From Candidatus Poribacteria bacterium (GTDB lineage: Bacteria > Poribacteria > WGA-4E > WGA-3G), in NCBI GenBank assembly GCA_965242965.1, contig OZ251518.1, forward strand, positions 2,720,001 to 2,784,000: 64,000 nt of DNA, read 5' to 3'. This document shows positions 19,331 through 29,947 of this stretch, one piece after another. Position 1 is the stretch's first letter. Each line of letters opens with the position of its first letter. The position numbers were made by a program, and so were the translations under genes. The notes below the pieces were generated by a model, which had not been told where the DNA came from, ran no database searches, and was given only the letters and a program-made list of their open reading frames with translations.

Positions 19331-21262
19331 TTAAATCCAACTATACACCGCCGAACGCAACACCAAACTCAACAGCGGCCAAAAACAGCCCATCAACGCT
19401 TCCCCAAGCACCAATCCGATGAAAAACGGCACCGCACGCCGATACGCGTTCACACCGCCGTGCCGGAGGATAACCCATTTCGCCACCATCGCCAAGAAAA
19501 GCGGAAACCAGATTACGTCTGTCGTCCCCGGCGCAACACCGATGACATACCCTGCCGGATGCAACGGACACCACACGAAACGCGAACGGAGAAACATGAT
19601 ACCCAAATTCGCCGCAAAGGCGAGGCATAAAACCGAGGTCGCCAGCCAATCTGTCGGTTTCGGACTCACCAGCCACGATGAGAGGAAGTTGTAGGTATCC
19701 GCACCACCGGCGTGAATTTGTTCGGAACCAGCGGCGACTCCTTCTCGATAAATCGCATACGGATAGAGGATCAGACTAGACAAAATCCCGACGAGACTCG
19801 CAATTATTAGCACGATGAACATCGTGCGGTTGCGAATGCCGGTGCGTTCAGCAAGTTTGAACGCCTCCAGCTGGTCTGGCATAGGATGCGTTCTGAAGGA
19901 GGCATAACTCGCGCCGCTCAGCCAATTCAGCAGCGAGAGCATCGTGAGGTTGCCCGGTTTCAGTCGCCGCGTGCCAAGCAGCGAAATCATCATATATTGC
20001 GGTGTCAAATAGCCGATGGCGTGTATCGGCGGGCCCAGTTCTGCACGCATGCGCGTTAATCCGACAACAATCATCAGGTAAATCGCAATGAAAATCGCGA
20101 ATGCCCACACCGACATCCCACCACGGACACAGAATATCGCCAGCAAAAGCAGCGAGACACCGAGCGTTATCACCGCACTGCGATGCGAGAGTGCTTCGGT
20201 TTTCGTGGTTTCGCGATTCGGGCGGAATACCTGCGAAAATACGGATGCAAAATGCTTGCGCGCGTGCCAGCAAGCGATAGCCAGAAGCGCAAGCAATGCA
20301 CCGGCTCCTTGTTCGCCGAAAAACGGATAGCCCGGCAACGCCGCTATACCCGCCATGCTCCCGAAGAGCAGTTGTCCCTTTTTCATGAAGTAGAAGAAGG
20401 TGCAGGAAAACGCCAGATCCAGCGGTAAAATGAACGAAAACCCGATGAGATATGGGTGAAAACGGAGCGGTGTGCTACCCATCGCGCTCCACGGCTTCTG
20501 CGTGAAGTAAATGTTCAGATTATACTTTCTGACAGGAATTTCTGGCAGCACGGGAAAAAAGAACTGCAATCCGTTGAGCAGATTGATGCCGGCGGCTATC
20601 CCGAATCCAATCCACAGCAGACGGTTGTTAAAAATACTACGGCCTGTCGTTATCTCCAGCGGAATTTGGATAATCGGGTATGCCAGTTTTTCGTTCTCGA
20701 TCCACTGCTTGCGGAGAAGCGAAGTGAGACATAAGAAAATCAGCATCAACAGGAAGACCACGGCAGACCAGGACAGAATCGGCACAATCCAATATTGCAC
20801 GTATCCTTCCGTAAAAAAGTTCACCTCGCCTTCATAGAAATCGTGGACAACTCTCGGTTCTTTCACCACCAGCCATTCGGGGAGGTGATGGAACAGTAGT
20901 GCTTCCCAGTCATTTTCCGGCGTAGCGAAGCGGAAGGCGTAAGGGATAAGCCCCATCAAGCGCGGGATGCAGTCGTGTCCCGAAAACGCGCTGCCGACAG
21001 CGAGCATGGCGTATACAACGAGCAAATCTCGCTGTTGCATCGCAGCGCGTGGAAAGATGCGCTGCACGCCGAGGTTCAGCACCGTAATCATCAAAATACC
21101 GAACATGACGTTGACGGACATCGCCACCGTGGTCAGGTGTGCAGTGTGCCAAATCATTTCGACGTAGGCAATCCAGTAACTATTCGCAATGATGAGGACT
21201 GCGCCGATGAACACCGCGCGTTTCGCAATGGCGTGTCCTGTCTGTTTTTTTGTTGTTCGCAT
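19331..21262 (-). CDS. Multi-pass membrane protein, DUF6785-like
   Basis: Many TM helices. Motifs 'QW...EKL.YP', 'RMRAELG' and 'W.PLHPAGY'. Confidence 0.7.
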   Translation of the reverse strand: MRTTKKQTGHAIAKRAVFIGAVLIIANSYWIAYVEMIWHTAHLTTVAMSVNVMFGILMITVLNLGVQRIFPRAAMQQRDLLVVYAMLAVGSAFSGHDCIPRLMGLIPYAFRFATPENDWEALLFHHLPEWLVVKEPRVVHDFYEGEVNFFTEGYVQYWIVPILSWSAVVFLLMLIFLCLTSLLRKQWIENEKLAYPIIQIPLEITTGRSIFNNRLLWIGFGIAAGINLLNGLQFFFPVLPEIPVRKYNLNIYFTQKPWSAMGSTPLRFHPYLIGFSFILPLDLAFSCTFFYFMKKGQLLFGSMAGIAALPGYPFFGEQGAGALLALLAIACWHARKHFASVFSQVFRPNRETTKTEALSHRSAVITLGVSLLLLAIFCVRGGMSVWAFAIFIAIYLMIVVGLTRMRAELGPPIHAIGYLTPQYMMISLLGTRRLKPGNLTMLSLLNWLSGASYASFRTHPMPDQLEAFKLAERTGIRNRTMFIVLIIASLVGILSSLILYPYAIYREGVAAGSEQIHAGGADTYNFLSSWLVSPKPTDWLATSVLCLAFAANLGIMFLRSRFVWCPLHPAGYVIGVAPGTTDVIWFPLFLAMVAKWVILRHGGVNAYRRAVPFFIGLVLGEALMGCFWPLLSLVLRSAVYSWI

Positions 21263-21449
21263 CGGTGGGCGTGCTTATGCGATGAAACGCACGCAGTTTG
21301 TATAGGCATGTCCTTTCGGATAGGGTTGTGCGATTTACGGTAAATTATGCGAGGCGAAAATTTGCTTGTTGATTTTCCTGTCAATATGATATACTAAAAT
21401 AAGGAACGATGTCAAGAGAAATTGTCGCGGCTTAGCCATCAGAAATTCC

Positions 21450-21479
21450 TTGACTTCTACCCGATTTTTAAGGTATAAT
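21450..21479 (+). promoter_or_regulatory. sigma70 promoter upstream of dnaN
   Basis: TTGACT-18-TATAAT. Confidence 0.6.
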
Positions 21480-21505
21480 TTAGAAGGACAGACGCAAAAC
21501 GAACT

Positions 21506-21537
21506 CGGTAGGCGCGGTTTGAAACCGCGCCTACCGG
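21506..21537. repeat. GTAG hairpin in the dnaN leader
   Basis: CGGTAGGCGCGGTTT-G-AAACCGCGCCTACCG. A relative lies at 62697-62723. Confidence 0.75.
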
Positions 21538-21623
21538 TGAAGAATTATAGCACTTGCGGAAGTCTTGTCTGATAATTACTGAGCCTTTTTGATAATCACT
21601 TAACCTAATAGGAGACTTTGAAA

Positions 21624-22736
21624 ATGGAATTAACTTTCCAAAAAGAACCCCTCTTGCACTCGCTGCAGGTGCTACAAGGCGTTGCAAGTGGGCGCAATAC
21701 CTTACCGATTCTGTCAAACGTCCTCATCCGTGCCGAGGCGGGGAACATTGAATGTATCGCGACAGACCTCGAGGTGGGCATCCGCGTCAAGGTGGACGGC
21801 AATATCCAAGAAGAAGGCGCGATTACCGTTTCCGCCAAAAAATTGGCGGACATTGTCAAAGAGCTGCCAGCCAAGGATATCCGCCTGACGACTACCGCGA
21901 ATGACCGGGTGGAATTGGAGTGCGGCAACGGCGTTTACAAAATCATTGGCCTGCCCGATGAGGAATTCCCGCAGCTCCCCTCCGTTGACGGTGAGGCACT
22001 GAACATTGATGGAGAAACGCTGCGCGGCGTTCTCGCAAAAACCGAATTTGCGGCATCTACCGAAGAAGTCCGGTATTTCCTCAACGGGCTCTATTTCAAC
22101 CTTCTTGAAGAGAGGACGGAAGTAGTCGCAACGGATGGCCGGCAACTCGCGCTGGCGCACTTCGATCCGCTCACACCGCCGGAAGGTGTGACAGGGTTCA
22201 TCGTGCCGCTCAAGGCGGTGCGCGAAATCGCCAAAACCTTCGCGAGCTCCGACTCCGTGAACGTCTCCATTTTCGAGAACCAGATCTTGTTCTCCGATGA
22301 GCACGCGACGTTGACGACGCGGTTGGTAGAAGGGGAATACCCGAAGTATGAGAAGATTATCCCCGAACCGGAGGCGACAGAAGGCCGCACCGTTTTAAAC
22401 CGAGAGGCGATGCTCAGGGCGACGCGCCGCGTTTCCTTGCTGTCTAACCCGAAAAACTACTCTGTCTGCTTGGAGATTAACGAAGAAGAGCCGAATATCC
22501 GAATCTCGGCGAAGACACCAGAACTCGGTGAGGCGCACGAAACCGTCGGTGTTGAGTCCTGCACGAAGAGTGTGCGGATCGGGTTCGATGCACGGCTGCT
22601 GATGGAGGCACTCGCGCACATTGACGCGGAAAATATCCAATTGGAATTCTCCGGCGAGTTGAATCCGGTTGTTGCGAAGCCGGCGGATGAGCCGGGGCAT
22701 ACGTGCCTCATCATGCCGATGCGGTTGGAATCGTAA
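21624..22736 (+). CDS. dnaN: DNA polymerase III beta sliding clamp
   Basis: Motifs 'TLPILSNVLI', 'ATDLE', 'R.FLNG', 'VATDG', 'GEYPKY.KIIP' and C-terminal 'LIMPMR'. Confidence 0.95.
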   Translation: MELTFQKEPLLHSLQVLQGVASGRNTLPILSNVLIRAEAGNIECIATDLEVGIRVKVDGNIQEEGAITVSAKKLADIVKELPAKDIRLTTTANDRVELECGNGVYKIIGLPDEEFPQLPSVDGEALNIDGETLRGVLAKTEFAASTEEVRYFLNGLYFNLLEERTEVVATDGRQLALAHFDPLTPPEGVTGFIVPLKAVREIAKTFASSDSVNVSIFENQILFSDEHATLTTRLVEGEYPKYEKIIPEPEATEGRTVLNREAMLRATRRVSLLSNPKNYSVCLEINEEEPNIRISAKTPELGEAHETVGVESCTKSVRIGFDARLLMEALAHIDAENIQLEFSGELNPVVAKPADEPGHTCLIMPMRLES

Positions 22737-22772
22737 GCGGCACGGGGGACATTCTTCTCCTCCTTTTGAGCG

Positions 22773-22804
22773 ATAAGGACGGATAGAACGCTATCCGTCC
22801 TTAT
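22773..22804 (+). terminator. Hairpin after dnaN
   Basis: ATAAGGACGGATAG-AACG-CTATCCGTCCTTAT. No long U-tract. Confidence 0.5.
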
Positions 22805-22830
22805 GCCAGAGCAGGGAACAGAGATGCATC

Positions 22831-23037
22831 ATGCAAAACAAAAACTTGCGACAGCAGGCGGTAACGCTAGTCGAACAACTTCCCGATGAGAAACTCAAAA
22901 CCGCTGTTGATTATCTCACTTCCCTTGAGGAGGAAGTTTTGCAAGACAGCGAGGCTCCTCAGAAAGGGCTTGGAACAGCAATCCATGAGATGTTCAAACC
23001 GTTCGGTGGGGTGGAATTGGAGATACCGCCACGGTAG
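22831..23037 (+). CDS. Small antitoxin-like protein without an adjacent toxin
   Basis: C-terminus 'GLGTAIHEMFKPFGGVELEIPPR' resembles FitA/plasmid-stability antitoxins. Confidence 0.5.
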   Translation: MQNKNLRQQAVTLVEQLPDEKLKTAVDYLTSLEEEVLQDSEAPQKGLGTAIHEMFKPFGGVELEIPPR

Positions 23038-23063
23038 TCAATGCGCGGGCAAGGAGAGAGGCT

Positions 23064-23696
23064 ATGAAAACCGTAATGAAAAGGGCTTTTGACCCTTCCA
23101 CTGAGCAAGCCTACGAAATAAAATTTCCGGCACCCGAAGAAGTCAAAAAAGCCATCCTTGAATTGGAATTTCCGCATGAGGGAATAACGGTTGGGGAAGC
23201 CGCCATTACGTTGGCTGATATCTTTCAATTGTCGGGCGAGCAGCGAGAAGCGAAGAACCGCGTGGGATACAAAACGTTCCGTTACGATATCGTCATGCCT
23301 GCTTTTAAGGAGTTGTCGGATGAAAGGAGGTTAGAGCAACCCAAGGGACCGCATACCCCCTATGTCCGCACCGAAATTGAGCCGTTCACGCCGAATCCGG
23401 ACCCGCAGGTATCTGTTTCTATTGAAGAAATTTACCAACGGCTCCGCAAGGAGTTGACAGGGGACTTGATACAAATCATCAGGGAGTGCTTAGCCCCCTA
23501 CGAGAAACGCTTCGACAAAATCGATGCGCGCTTTGACAAAATTGATGCGCGATTTGAGCAACTCCACGAGGACATCCTGAAACTCGCCTTAACTGTTGAA
23601 AGGTTAAGCACCGAGGTTGAGTGGATGAAGCGGATAGTGCTTGGGATTGGCGGGGGTATCCTCCTCTATATCATCAAGATGATTTTCTTCCCGTAG
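23064..23696 (+). CDS. Mrr-N-like winged helix fused to a coiled coil and C-terminal TM helix
   Basis: Mrr-type N-terminus and linker 'SIEEIYQRLRKEL..DLI', then 'RFDKIDA' heptad repeats and a hydrophobic tail. Confidence 0.6.
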   Translation: MKTVMKRAFDPSTEQAYEIKFPAPEEVKKAILELEFPHEGITVGEAAITLADIFQLSGEQREAKNRVGYKTFRYDIVMPAFKELSDERRLEQPKGPHTPYVRTEIEPFTPNPDPQVSVSIEEIYQRLRKELTGDLIQIIRECLAPYEKRFDKIDARFDKIDARFEQLHEDILKLALTVERLSTEVEWMKRIVLGIGGGILLYIIKMIFFP

Positions 23697-24167
23697 ATGC
23701 AAGCCGCGAGCACGACTATCGTGCGTTAAAACGAATACGGTTGGCGCGCGGACAAAGCGCGCTCACCAACAATCAGGAGACTGATTCGGTTTAGAAAGCA
23801 TATTTCAGCAAACCATCACATTTTAACTCTCTGTGCGGAGTTGCTCTTCGTGCGGTTAATCGCGATGGCGTGGACCGTCAATATCCCAGATCTGGTTTTC
23901 CTTGCTGTCCTCAAAACAGCACTCGATAAGGCATAGGAGCCCTTCACATCGGTATTGAGACGAACAGCGGCTGCGAACAAACGAATGCTATTACCGCGGA
24001 GGAAATGGCATCCTTGACGAGTCTGAATGGCAATGATTTCAGAGAGATCAGTTATCCCCTTACGTAGTTTGAGATCGCCCGATCTCAAACAAATGTTAAT
24101 GAGGAAATAGGTATCTTGTGCAATGTAGGTTCACAACCTATGTTCTACTAGAGAAGGAGACTACTGA

Positions 24168-25328
24168 GTGCACAACAAAACTGTCAACCTTGACAACCCT
24201 GAAAATGGCGAGGCCTACTATATCAGAGGATTCGGCCACTACGAAGCTGGCGATTATGATAAAGCTATCGCGGACTTTGACGAGGCACTCCGGATTGACA
24301 CCGAGAATGCTGAAGCCTACAAACTCAGAGCATCTGCCTACGCGGCTAAAGGGGACCACGATAAGGCTATCAAGGACTTCACCAAGGCCATTAGCATTGA
24401 TCCCAACGATGCCACAACCTATAATCGGAGAGGGTACAGCTACTCACACAGAGGCTATTATGACGGGTCTATCAAAGACTACAATAGGGGACTTCAGATC
24501 ACCCCTAACGATGCCGCCATCTATAACAATAGGGGATTCGCTTATGCTGCGAAAGGCGAATCCGACAAAGCCATCGCCGATTATAGCAAGGCTATCGCTT
24601 TTCTGCCTAACTATGCCACTGCCTATATTAATCGGGCGTATGTCCACTCGCGCAAAGGCGATTATGAGCTGGCTATTGAAGACTGCACCAAGGCTCTCAG
24701 CATCAAGCCCGACTATGCGACTGCCTATACTAGAAGAGGATGGGCATACGCTTTTAAAGGCGAATCTGACAAAGCTATCGTAGACTTCAACAAGGCTATC
24801 AACTGCGATCCCAACTTCGCCACAACTTACGATGGCATGGGGTATGCCTATGCAGCCAAGGGCGATTATGATAGTGCCCTCAGGAACTACAACAAGGCTA
24901 TCAGTCTCAAGCCTAACCACGCTCCCCTCTACCTCAGCAGAGGCGATTTATATTGCGATATGGGTAAACGCGCGAGGGCCATTGAAGACTACGATAACGC
25001 CGTCAGACTCTGTCCTAACTATCAGACAGACTTCGTTAACCACAAAATGCACAAGTTCATTAAAGGCCAGGATGCGGTTAACGGGGCTATTAACCTATTG
25101 GCCAGCGTAATTGGCATTCCACCGGGTAAAAGCCTTGCTGATTTTTTGATCAATCTGATTGACAATCGAGATAAAAATCCTGCAGCCTTCTACTATGCGG
25201 GCGTGCACGCACTATTCCAGAACGATGGGGTTTCGGCTGCGAGATGTTTCAAGTTAGCTTTGAGTTTTGGATACGAAGACTCAGCTAAGATTGAGCAACA
25301 TCTTGAAAATCTCGCGAATCGGACATAG
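24168..25328 (+). CDS. TPR-repeat protein (~8 repeats)
   Basis: 34-aa repeats 'AY.NRG.AY..KGDYD.AI.DF.KAI.I.P'. GTG start with RBS AAGGAG. Confidence 0.9.
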   Translation: MHNKTVNLDNPENGEAYYIRGFGHYEAGDYDKAIADFDEALRIDTENAEAYKLRASAYAAKGDHDKAIKDFTKAISIDPNDATTYNRRGYSYSHRGYYDGSIKDYNRGLQITPNDAAIYNNRGFAYAAKGESDKAIADYSKAIAFLPNYATAYINRAYVHSRKGDYELAIEDCTKALSIKPDYATAYTRRGWAYAFKGESDKAIVDFNKAINCDPNFATTYDGMGYAYAAKGDYDSALRNYNKAISLKPNHAPLYLSRGDLYCDMGKRARAIEDYDNAVRLCPNYQTDFVNHKMHKFIKGQDAVNGAINLLASVIGIPPGKSLADFLINLIDNRDKNPAAFYYAGVHALFQNDGVSAARCFKLALSFGYEDSAKIEQHLENLANRT

Positions 25329-25446
25329 CAGACTGAGCCGCCTTTGGCCTGCCTACTATGCACCACAATACCTGCTGCGGAAGAACCTGCCCTAGGATTC
25401 GGGGCAGGTTTCAATAGCAGCCTACGGTTTTTTAGAGGATTTTAGG

Positions 25447-25587
25447 GAGGGTGTTTCATATATCAATGCCTTTCCTGATAGGAGAGCCCTCCCGATCTCG
25501 ATTTCTGCCCCTACCGGCAATTCTCCATTTTTTCACCGTATCGCGGGGGCTTTCACCGCGACGTTGAGCGATTTATGAAACACCCTC
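25447..25587. mobile_element. Short MITE-like element (141 bp)
   Basis: Perfect 14-bp TIRs. Flanks ATTTTAGG / ATTTTAGT (7 of 8 match). Confidence 0.8.
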
Positions 25588-25595
25588 ATTTTAGT

Positions 25596-27467
25596 CTATA
25601 CATACAACGCCTCGCGCAACTCCAAAATGCGTTGGTAATTTTTATGAGCAACGACGACGAGCATTGCCTTTGCACGGCTCATGCCTGTATAAAGGAGCCT
25701 GTTCAGGTGTTTTTCGCGGGGAAGCGTGATTCCACCTTCCAAAACAACCGTATCCTCGGCCATCGGAAGAACTAGAATAACCACGTCGCTTTCCAGCCCT
25801 TGGAAGTCATAGACATCACTATACCTGAGTGTATTCCTGAGCGAGGAATCGCCAGGGATCACAACCCCTTCCGCGTACTTAAAATCTGCCTCTGAAATTT
25901 CCCGTATGTTGCGAGGTTTCCAACCAGCGTACTCGCGCTCGGTATCAAACTCGTTGCCGATACCGCTGGACAGCAGGATTATTTGCTCAGGGTGGAAATT
26001 GGCATTTTGCCAATCGGATAGCAAATTATCCAGCAGATTTTCCAAATCTTCTGGGGAGTTGAAGTATTCGATTTGAACGTCGGGCCCGTACACGCCAGAT
26101 CTCGGTGGAGCTTCAATATCAACCAACATCGCGATTTTAGTCGCTATTTCCTCTGTATTCCGGCAGTTGGTTTCCAGCCGGTCGTTGGCCCAATAGAGTC
26201 CAAAGTCCGCCAGCACATCCGTTCCCTTTCTACCGAGTTCAGTCGGATAGACGATATCTTGATGGGTGAAATCGCCAAACATTGTCCAGCGTCCCCCAGC
26301 CAATCCGTCTTTCAGCAGCGCGTCCATCAGTTTAAGGAACACTGGATCGCACAGATTCTGTGCCTCGTCGACAATCAGATAGTCGAAAATGCCCTTCTGG
26401 CTCAGATCCTCAACCGTCTCCTCTACGAACTGTTCCCACTGGTCATCCAGATAACCGGACTTCAGCGAACCTTCAAGATTTGGGGAATTTTCCAATCTCC
26501 GCTGGTGCTTCTCCGCAAACGTTGGGTCTGCGAAAACTGAATCTTCGCTGAAAGCCCGAAGTGGCAGTGTCGCGGGCGTGCCTGCTACAATCGCACCCCA
26601 AAAATTTCCCGCCCAGGCATCAAAACGCTCGCTCAGATTTCGGTTGCTGCACAGTAGGGCGACGATTTCACCGTCATCACAACGCTGTTTGGCAAGTTCC
26701 ATCGCAAGGACAGTTTTGCCTGTGCCGGCAGCACCATCAATCACACAACGGTGATTCTGCTCGGTTAATTTCAAACTGTTAAGTTGATTGGTTGTCAGCC
26801 GCAGCAACAACGCGCGGTAAGTCGTTAATTCGGAAGCGTCTATCTTGTCTGGTTCGATCACCTCTCCACTGCCCTCCAAGGTAGTCCGCAGTTGATCTAG
26901 GGATTCCAATGCTTCCCTTGATTTCTCAGGATTAGTACTAAGTAGAGTCCTCACAGATTGTGGGGGCAGTTCGGTGGCATAATCTTTTAACATGTTCCCC
27001 AGTTTATTAGCGTCCCGGGCAACATATCTATCGATTATCAATGCTTCCTGAGGTAGCCTCACACCCTTCGGGAATTGACCGTCCGTGAATGCCACGGCGC
27101 ACCCAAGCGAAAGCAATGAATTTGCGGCAAAGTGGGAATCAAATTCATCCTTCAACGCAAACATCGCACTGCGGGACTGTTGGGGCGGCGGTTGAACCTC
27201 AACGCGCTGAGGCAGCCTATACCATCTCCCTTCGTCGATTTCATAGCCTCCGCCTTTTGCCTCAACGCAGATGATGGAGCAGTTATCTGCATTGAGGATA
27301 ACGAAATCAATCTCGCGCGGTCTTGCAAGACTTTTGGGATTTTTCACGCATTGTGAATGAAACACTACCCAATTTCTGGCATGAGGCGCGCTCTTAAGAT
27401 TCTCAAAAATGATTTTTTCTGACATCGGGGCATCGTCAGAAATTTCTGGGGGAATCATTTCGGGCAT
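25596..27467 (-). CDS. NERD nuclease + SF1 (UvrD-like) helicase
   Basis: 'EIDFVI...VEAKGG' (PD-D/ExK), Walker A GAAGTGKT, 'IVDEAQ', 'NCRNT', 'FQGLESD' and 'LYTGMSRA'. Confidence 0.85.
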   Translation of the reverse strand: MPEMIPPEISDDAPMSEKIIFENLKSAPHARNWVVFHSQCVKNPKSLARPREIDFVILNADNCSIICVEAKGGGYEIDEGRWYRLPQRVEVQPPPQQSRSAMFALKDEFDSHFAANSLLSLGCAVAFTDGQFPKGVRLPQEALIIDRYVARDANKLGNMLKDYATELPPQSVRTLLSTNPEKSREALESLDQLRTTLEGSGEVIEPDKIDASELTTYRALLLRLTTNQLNSLKLTEQNHRCVIDGAAGTGKTVLAMELAKQRCDDGEIVALLCSNRNLSERFDAWAGNFWGAIVAGTPATLPLRAFSEDSVFADPTFAEKHQRRLENSPNLEGSLKSGYLDDQWEQFVEETVEDLSQKGIFDYLIVDEAQNLCDPVFLKLMDALLKDGLAGGRWTMFGDFTHQDIVYPTELGRKGTDVLADFGLYWANDRLETNCRNTEEIATKIAMLVDIEAPPRSGVYGPDVQIEYFNSPEDLENLLDNLLSDWQNANFHPEQIILLSSGIGNEFDTEREYAGWKPRNIREISEADFKYAEGVVIPGDSSLRNTLRYSDVYDFQGLESDVVILVLPMAEDTVVLEGGITLPREKHLNRLLYTGMSRAKAMLVVVAHKNYQRILELREALYV

Positions 27468-27708
27468 ATCCCTAACTCCTTGTTATCTAAAATGAAGTTG
27501 AATCAGACCGCGGCTCTAGGACGAGCTCGTCTGAAGCTCTGGCACATTGCGAAGCGAGTTTGACTGTTCGGGCTCAGGCGAGCCCGACTACAGTCAAGAA
27601 GTGGTTATGGAAGACCAAGACAAACCAAGTTAATTTGGTATTAGGTGCTGAGCCTTTCATATTTCAAAAGGCTTGCTAAATGAAGTCAACGAATATGATT
27701 CAATTTAG

Positions 27709-27837
27709 GGCGAGGGACAGGCCCTCGCCCTACGGTATCGCGCTGAGGGACGCATGGCGAGGGACAGGCCCTCGCACTACGGTAAATAGAGCGGCTCTAC
27801 TTCACCTCTGGCGAGGGACAGGCCCTCGCCCTACGGT
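27709..27837. repeat. Three tandem REP palindromes
   Basis: GGCGAGGGACAGGCCCTCGC(C/A)CTACGGT three times. Confidence 0.85.
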
Positions 27838-27879
27838 ATCATGCCGATGTTGGAAACTGAGCCGGTAAATAGAGTGGCC

Positions 27880-28785
27880 CTATTTCACCTCCGCGCCAGA
27901 CATTTGTTCTAATGCCAATAGCAACGCTTGCGTGCCGAGGCGGCCGTGCCCCTGCGCCTGCACCGCCGTATAGAGCTGATGCACTAACGCTAACCCCGGC
28001 AGACTCAAATTCATCTTGCGCGCCTCGTCTAAGGCGATGCTCATGTCCTTGATGAAATGCTCCACGAAGAAACCCGGGTCAAAGTCACGTTTCAATACAC
28101 GCGGTGCTAAATTGTCGAGGGACCAGCACGCTGCCGCGCCGCCACTAATCGACGACAACATCGTCTCTAAATCCAACCCGGCTTTGTAGCCGTAAAGTAA
28201 CCCTTCACAGACACCTATCATCGTGCCGGAGATGGTAATCTGGTTGCACATTTTGGTGTGCTGTCCTGCGCCCGCGCCGCCTTGATGGACAATGTTTTTG
28301 CCCATCGCCGAGAAGAGCGGCATCACCGCGCGCACGGCATCGACATCACCGCCTACCATGATGGAGAGGCGTGCCTCCCGCGCGCCGACATCACCACCCG
28401 AAACGGGGGCATCCACCGATAAGACACCCTGTGCCTGCGCCGCCGCGTAAATCTCTTGCGCGAGAGAAGGCTCTGTCGTCGTCATATCGACAACGATGCT
28501 GCCGCGTTTCGCGCCTTTTAAGATGCCGTTATCGCCGAGGTATACCTCGCGCACATCCGGTGGAAACCCGACAATCGTGAAGACAACATCGGATGCGGCG
28601 GCGACTTCACTCGGCGAATCTGCCCACGTCGCGCCGGCTTCGATGAGCGGCTCCGCCTTCGCTTTGGTGCGGTTGTAAACGGACATCGCGTAGCCGAGTT
28701 CCATCAGATGCTGGCACATCCAGCGTCCCATGACACCGGTGCCAATCCAACCGAGTTTCGTTGTGGTGGGTTCAATGGTTAGCAT
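27880..28785 (-). CDS. NAD(P)-dependent beta-hydroxyacid dehydrogenase (GarR/MmsB family)
   Basis: Motifs 'GWIGTGVMG', 'DAPVSGG', 'KMCNQ' and 'HFIKD'. Confidence 0.9.
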   Translation of the reverse strand: MLTIEPTTTKLGWIGTGVMGRWMCQHLMELGYAMSVYNRTKAKAEPLIEAGATWADSPSEVAAASDVVFTIVGFPPDVREVYLGDNGILKGAKRGSIVVDMTTTEPSLAQEIYAAAQAQGVLSVDAPVSGGDVGAREARLSIMVGGDVDAVRAVMPLFSAMGKNIVHQGGAGAGQHTKMCNQITISGTMIGVCEGLLYGYKAGLDLETMLSSISGGAAACWSLDNLAPRVLKRDFDPGFFVEHFIKDMSIALDEARKMNLSLPGLALVHQLYTAVQAQGHGRLGTQALLLALEQMSGAEVK

Positions 28786-28894
28786 AATCCTAATTCCTCT
28801 TTTGGTTTTACCGTAGCGCGAGGGCCTGTCCCTCGCGCTCGTAATGCCATCACCGTCGTGGACAATGATTCCGTTTGCGATGCAAGAGGCATCG

Positions 28895-29947
28895 CTACGA
28901 CGATGACGTTTCGTTTCCTTTCAAATCCTTTGTCAGTTGTGAACCGAGGACAATCCCGCCGATGCCGACAGCGCAATAAATGGTGAAAAACCGGGTCAGC
29001 AGTGTCCAAAGCCCTACCAATTCAGGGCGAATGAGGTTTCTCATCAATAAAACACTCGTGATTTCGGCGATGCCGCTTGCACCCGGGCTGGGAGCAAACA
29101 GCGTGACGAAGTTGAGAATCATCCCCGCGGCGCACATTTCCCAGAGCGTCGCGCCGCCGCCGAGTGCCTTGACGACGACATAGCCGCCGACGAACCGGCA
29201 GGCGAAAAAGCCTATTGTCAATAACAGACTGAGCAGACAGGTGCCTTTATGATGGCTGATGAACATCCGTGTGAACGCCTGATGCTCGGTAATGAGTGCC
29301 TCTAGTCTAACAGTTATCCTCTCAAAGAGGGTTCCGATGAAGGGAAACCGAGTCCCCAGAAAAGCCCCGAGCCCTTTGAGGGGTGCCTGAATGATCTGTG
29401 GCTTGAGGAGCAACAGCAGAAAGCCTGTGAAAACCAGCGCAAATACCAGCAAACTATATCGACTCACCAGCGTAATGCCTCTCGGCAGGAACGGCGGATT
29501 CAGCCAAAGCACATACCCGGCGGAAAGCATGAGAATGGACAGCGTGCCGAGAAAGCAGATGATGCCTGTCGTCATCGCGGCAGAGAGCGGAACGCTTGTC
29601 CGCGTGAAGATATAGAGATGCCCTATCCCGCCAGTCTGGAATGGCGTGACACCGGAAACGCAGAGGGTAGCTAAATTCGCACGAAGACTATCGGCAAATC
29701 TCACTTTGGGTGCCATCTTTGAGACGAAAATGTGGAAGCGGAGACTGCCGCAGAGCCAATCCGCAAACATACAGAGGCACGCTAACAGCAGCGTCTCCAC
29801 CCGCATTGTGCGCAGCACTTCCCCGATATCCTGAACGCCGCTCCACAAAAAAATGAGGCATAACCCGCCGAGAGTGCATAACGTGAAGAAAAGCACTCCA
29901 CGGATAAGGTTTTTGCGGCTCAGCGAACGGCCCAAATCTTCAGGCAT
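28895..29947 (-). CDS. Lysylphosphatidylglycerol synthase TM (flippase-like) family protein
   Basis: Multi-TM protein with 'VTPFQTGG' and '[10 protein letters not shown]'. Confidence 0.8.
   Translation of the reverse strand: MPEDLGRSLSRKNLIRGVLFFTLCTLGGLCLIFLWSGVQDIGEVLRTMRVETLLLACLCMFADWLCGSLRFHIFVSKMAPKVRFADSLRANLATLCVSGVTPFQTGGIGHLYIFTRTSVPLSAAMTTGIICFLGTLSILMLSAGYVLWLNPPFLPRGITLVSRYSLLVFALVFTGFLLLLLKPQIIQAPLKGLGAFLGTRFPFIGTLFERITVRLEALITEHQAFTRMFISHHKGTCLLSLLLTIGFFACRFVGGYVVVKALGGGATLWEMCAAGMILNFVTLFAPSPGASGIAEITSVLLMRNLIRPELVGLWTLLTRFFTIYCAVGIGGIVLGSQLTKDLKGNETSSS

Noticed and set aside
21262-21623. Replication origin upstream of dnaN
   Set aside because: No clustered TTATCCACA boxes and no dnaA; divergent promoters explain the AT-rich stretch.
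23816-24088. 90-aa minus-strand ORF as a toxin or Mrr remnant
   Set aside because: No recognisable motif in the frames I read, and it starts inside a hairpin.
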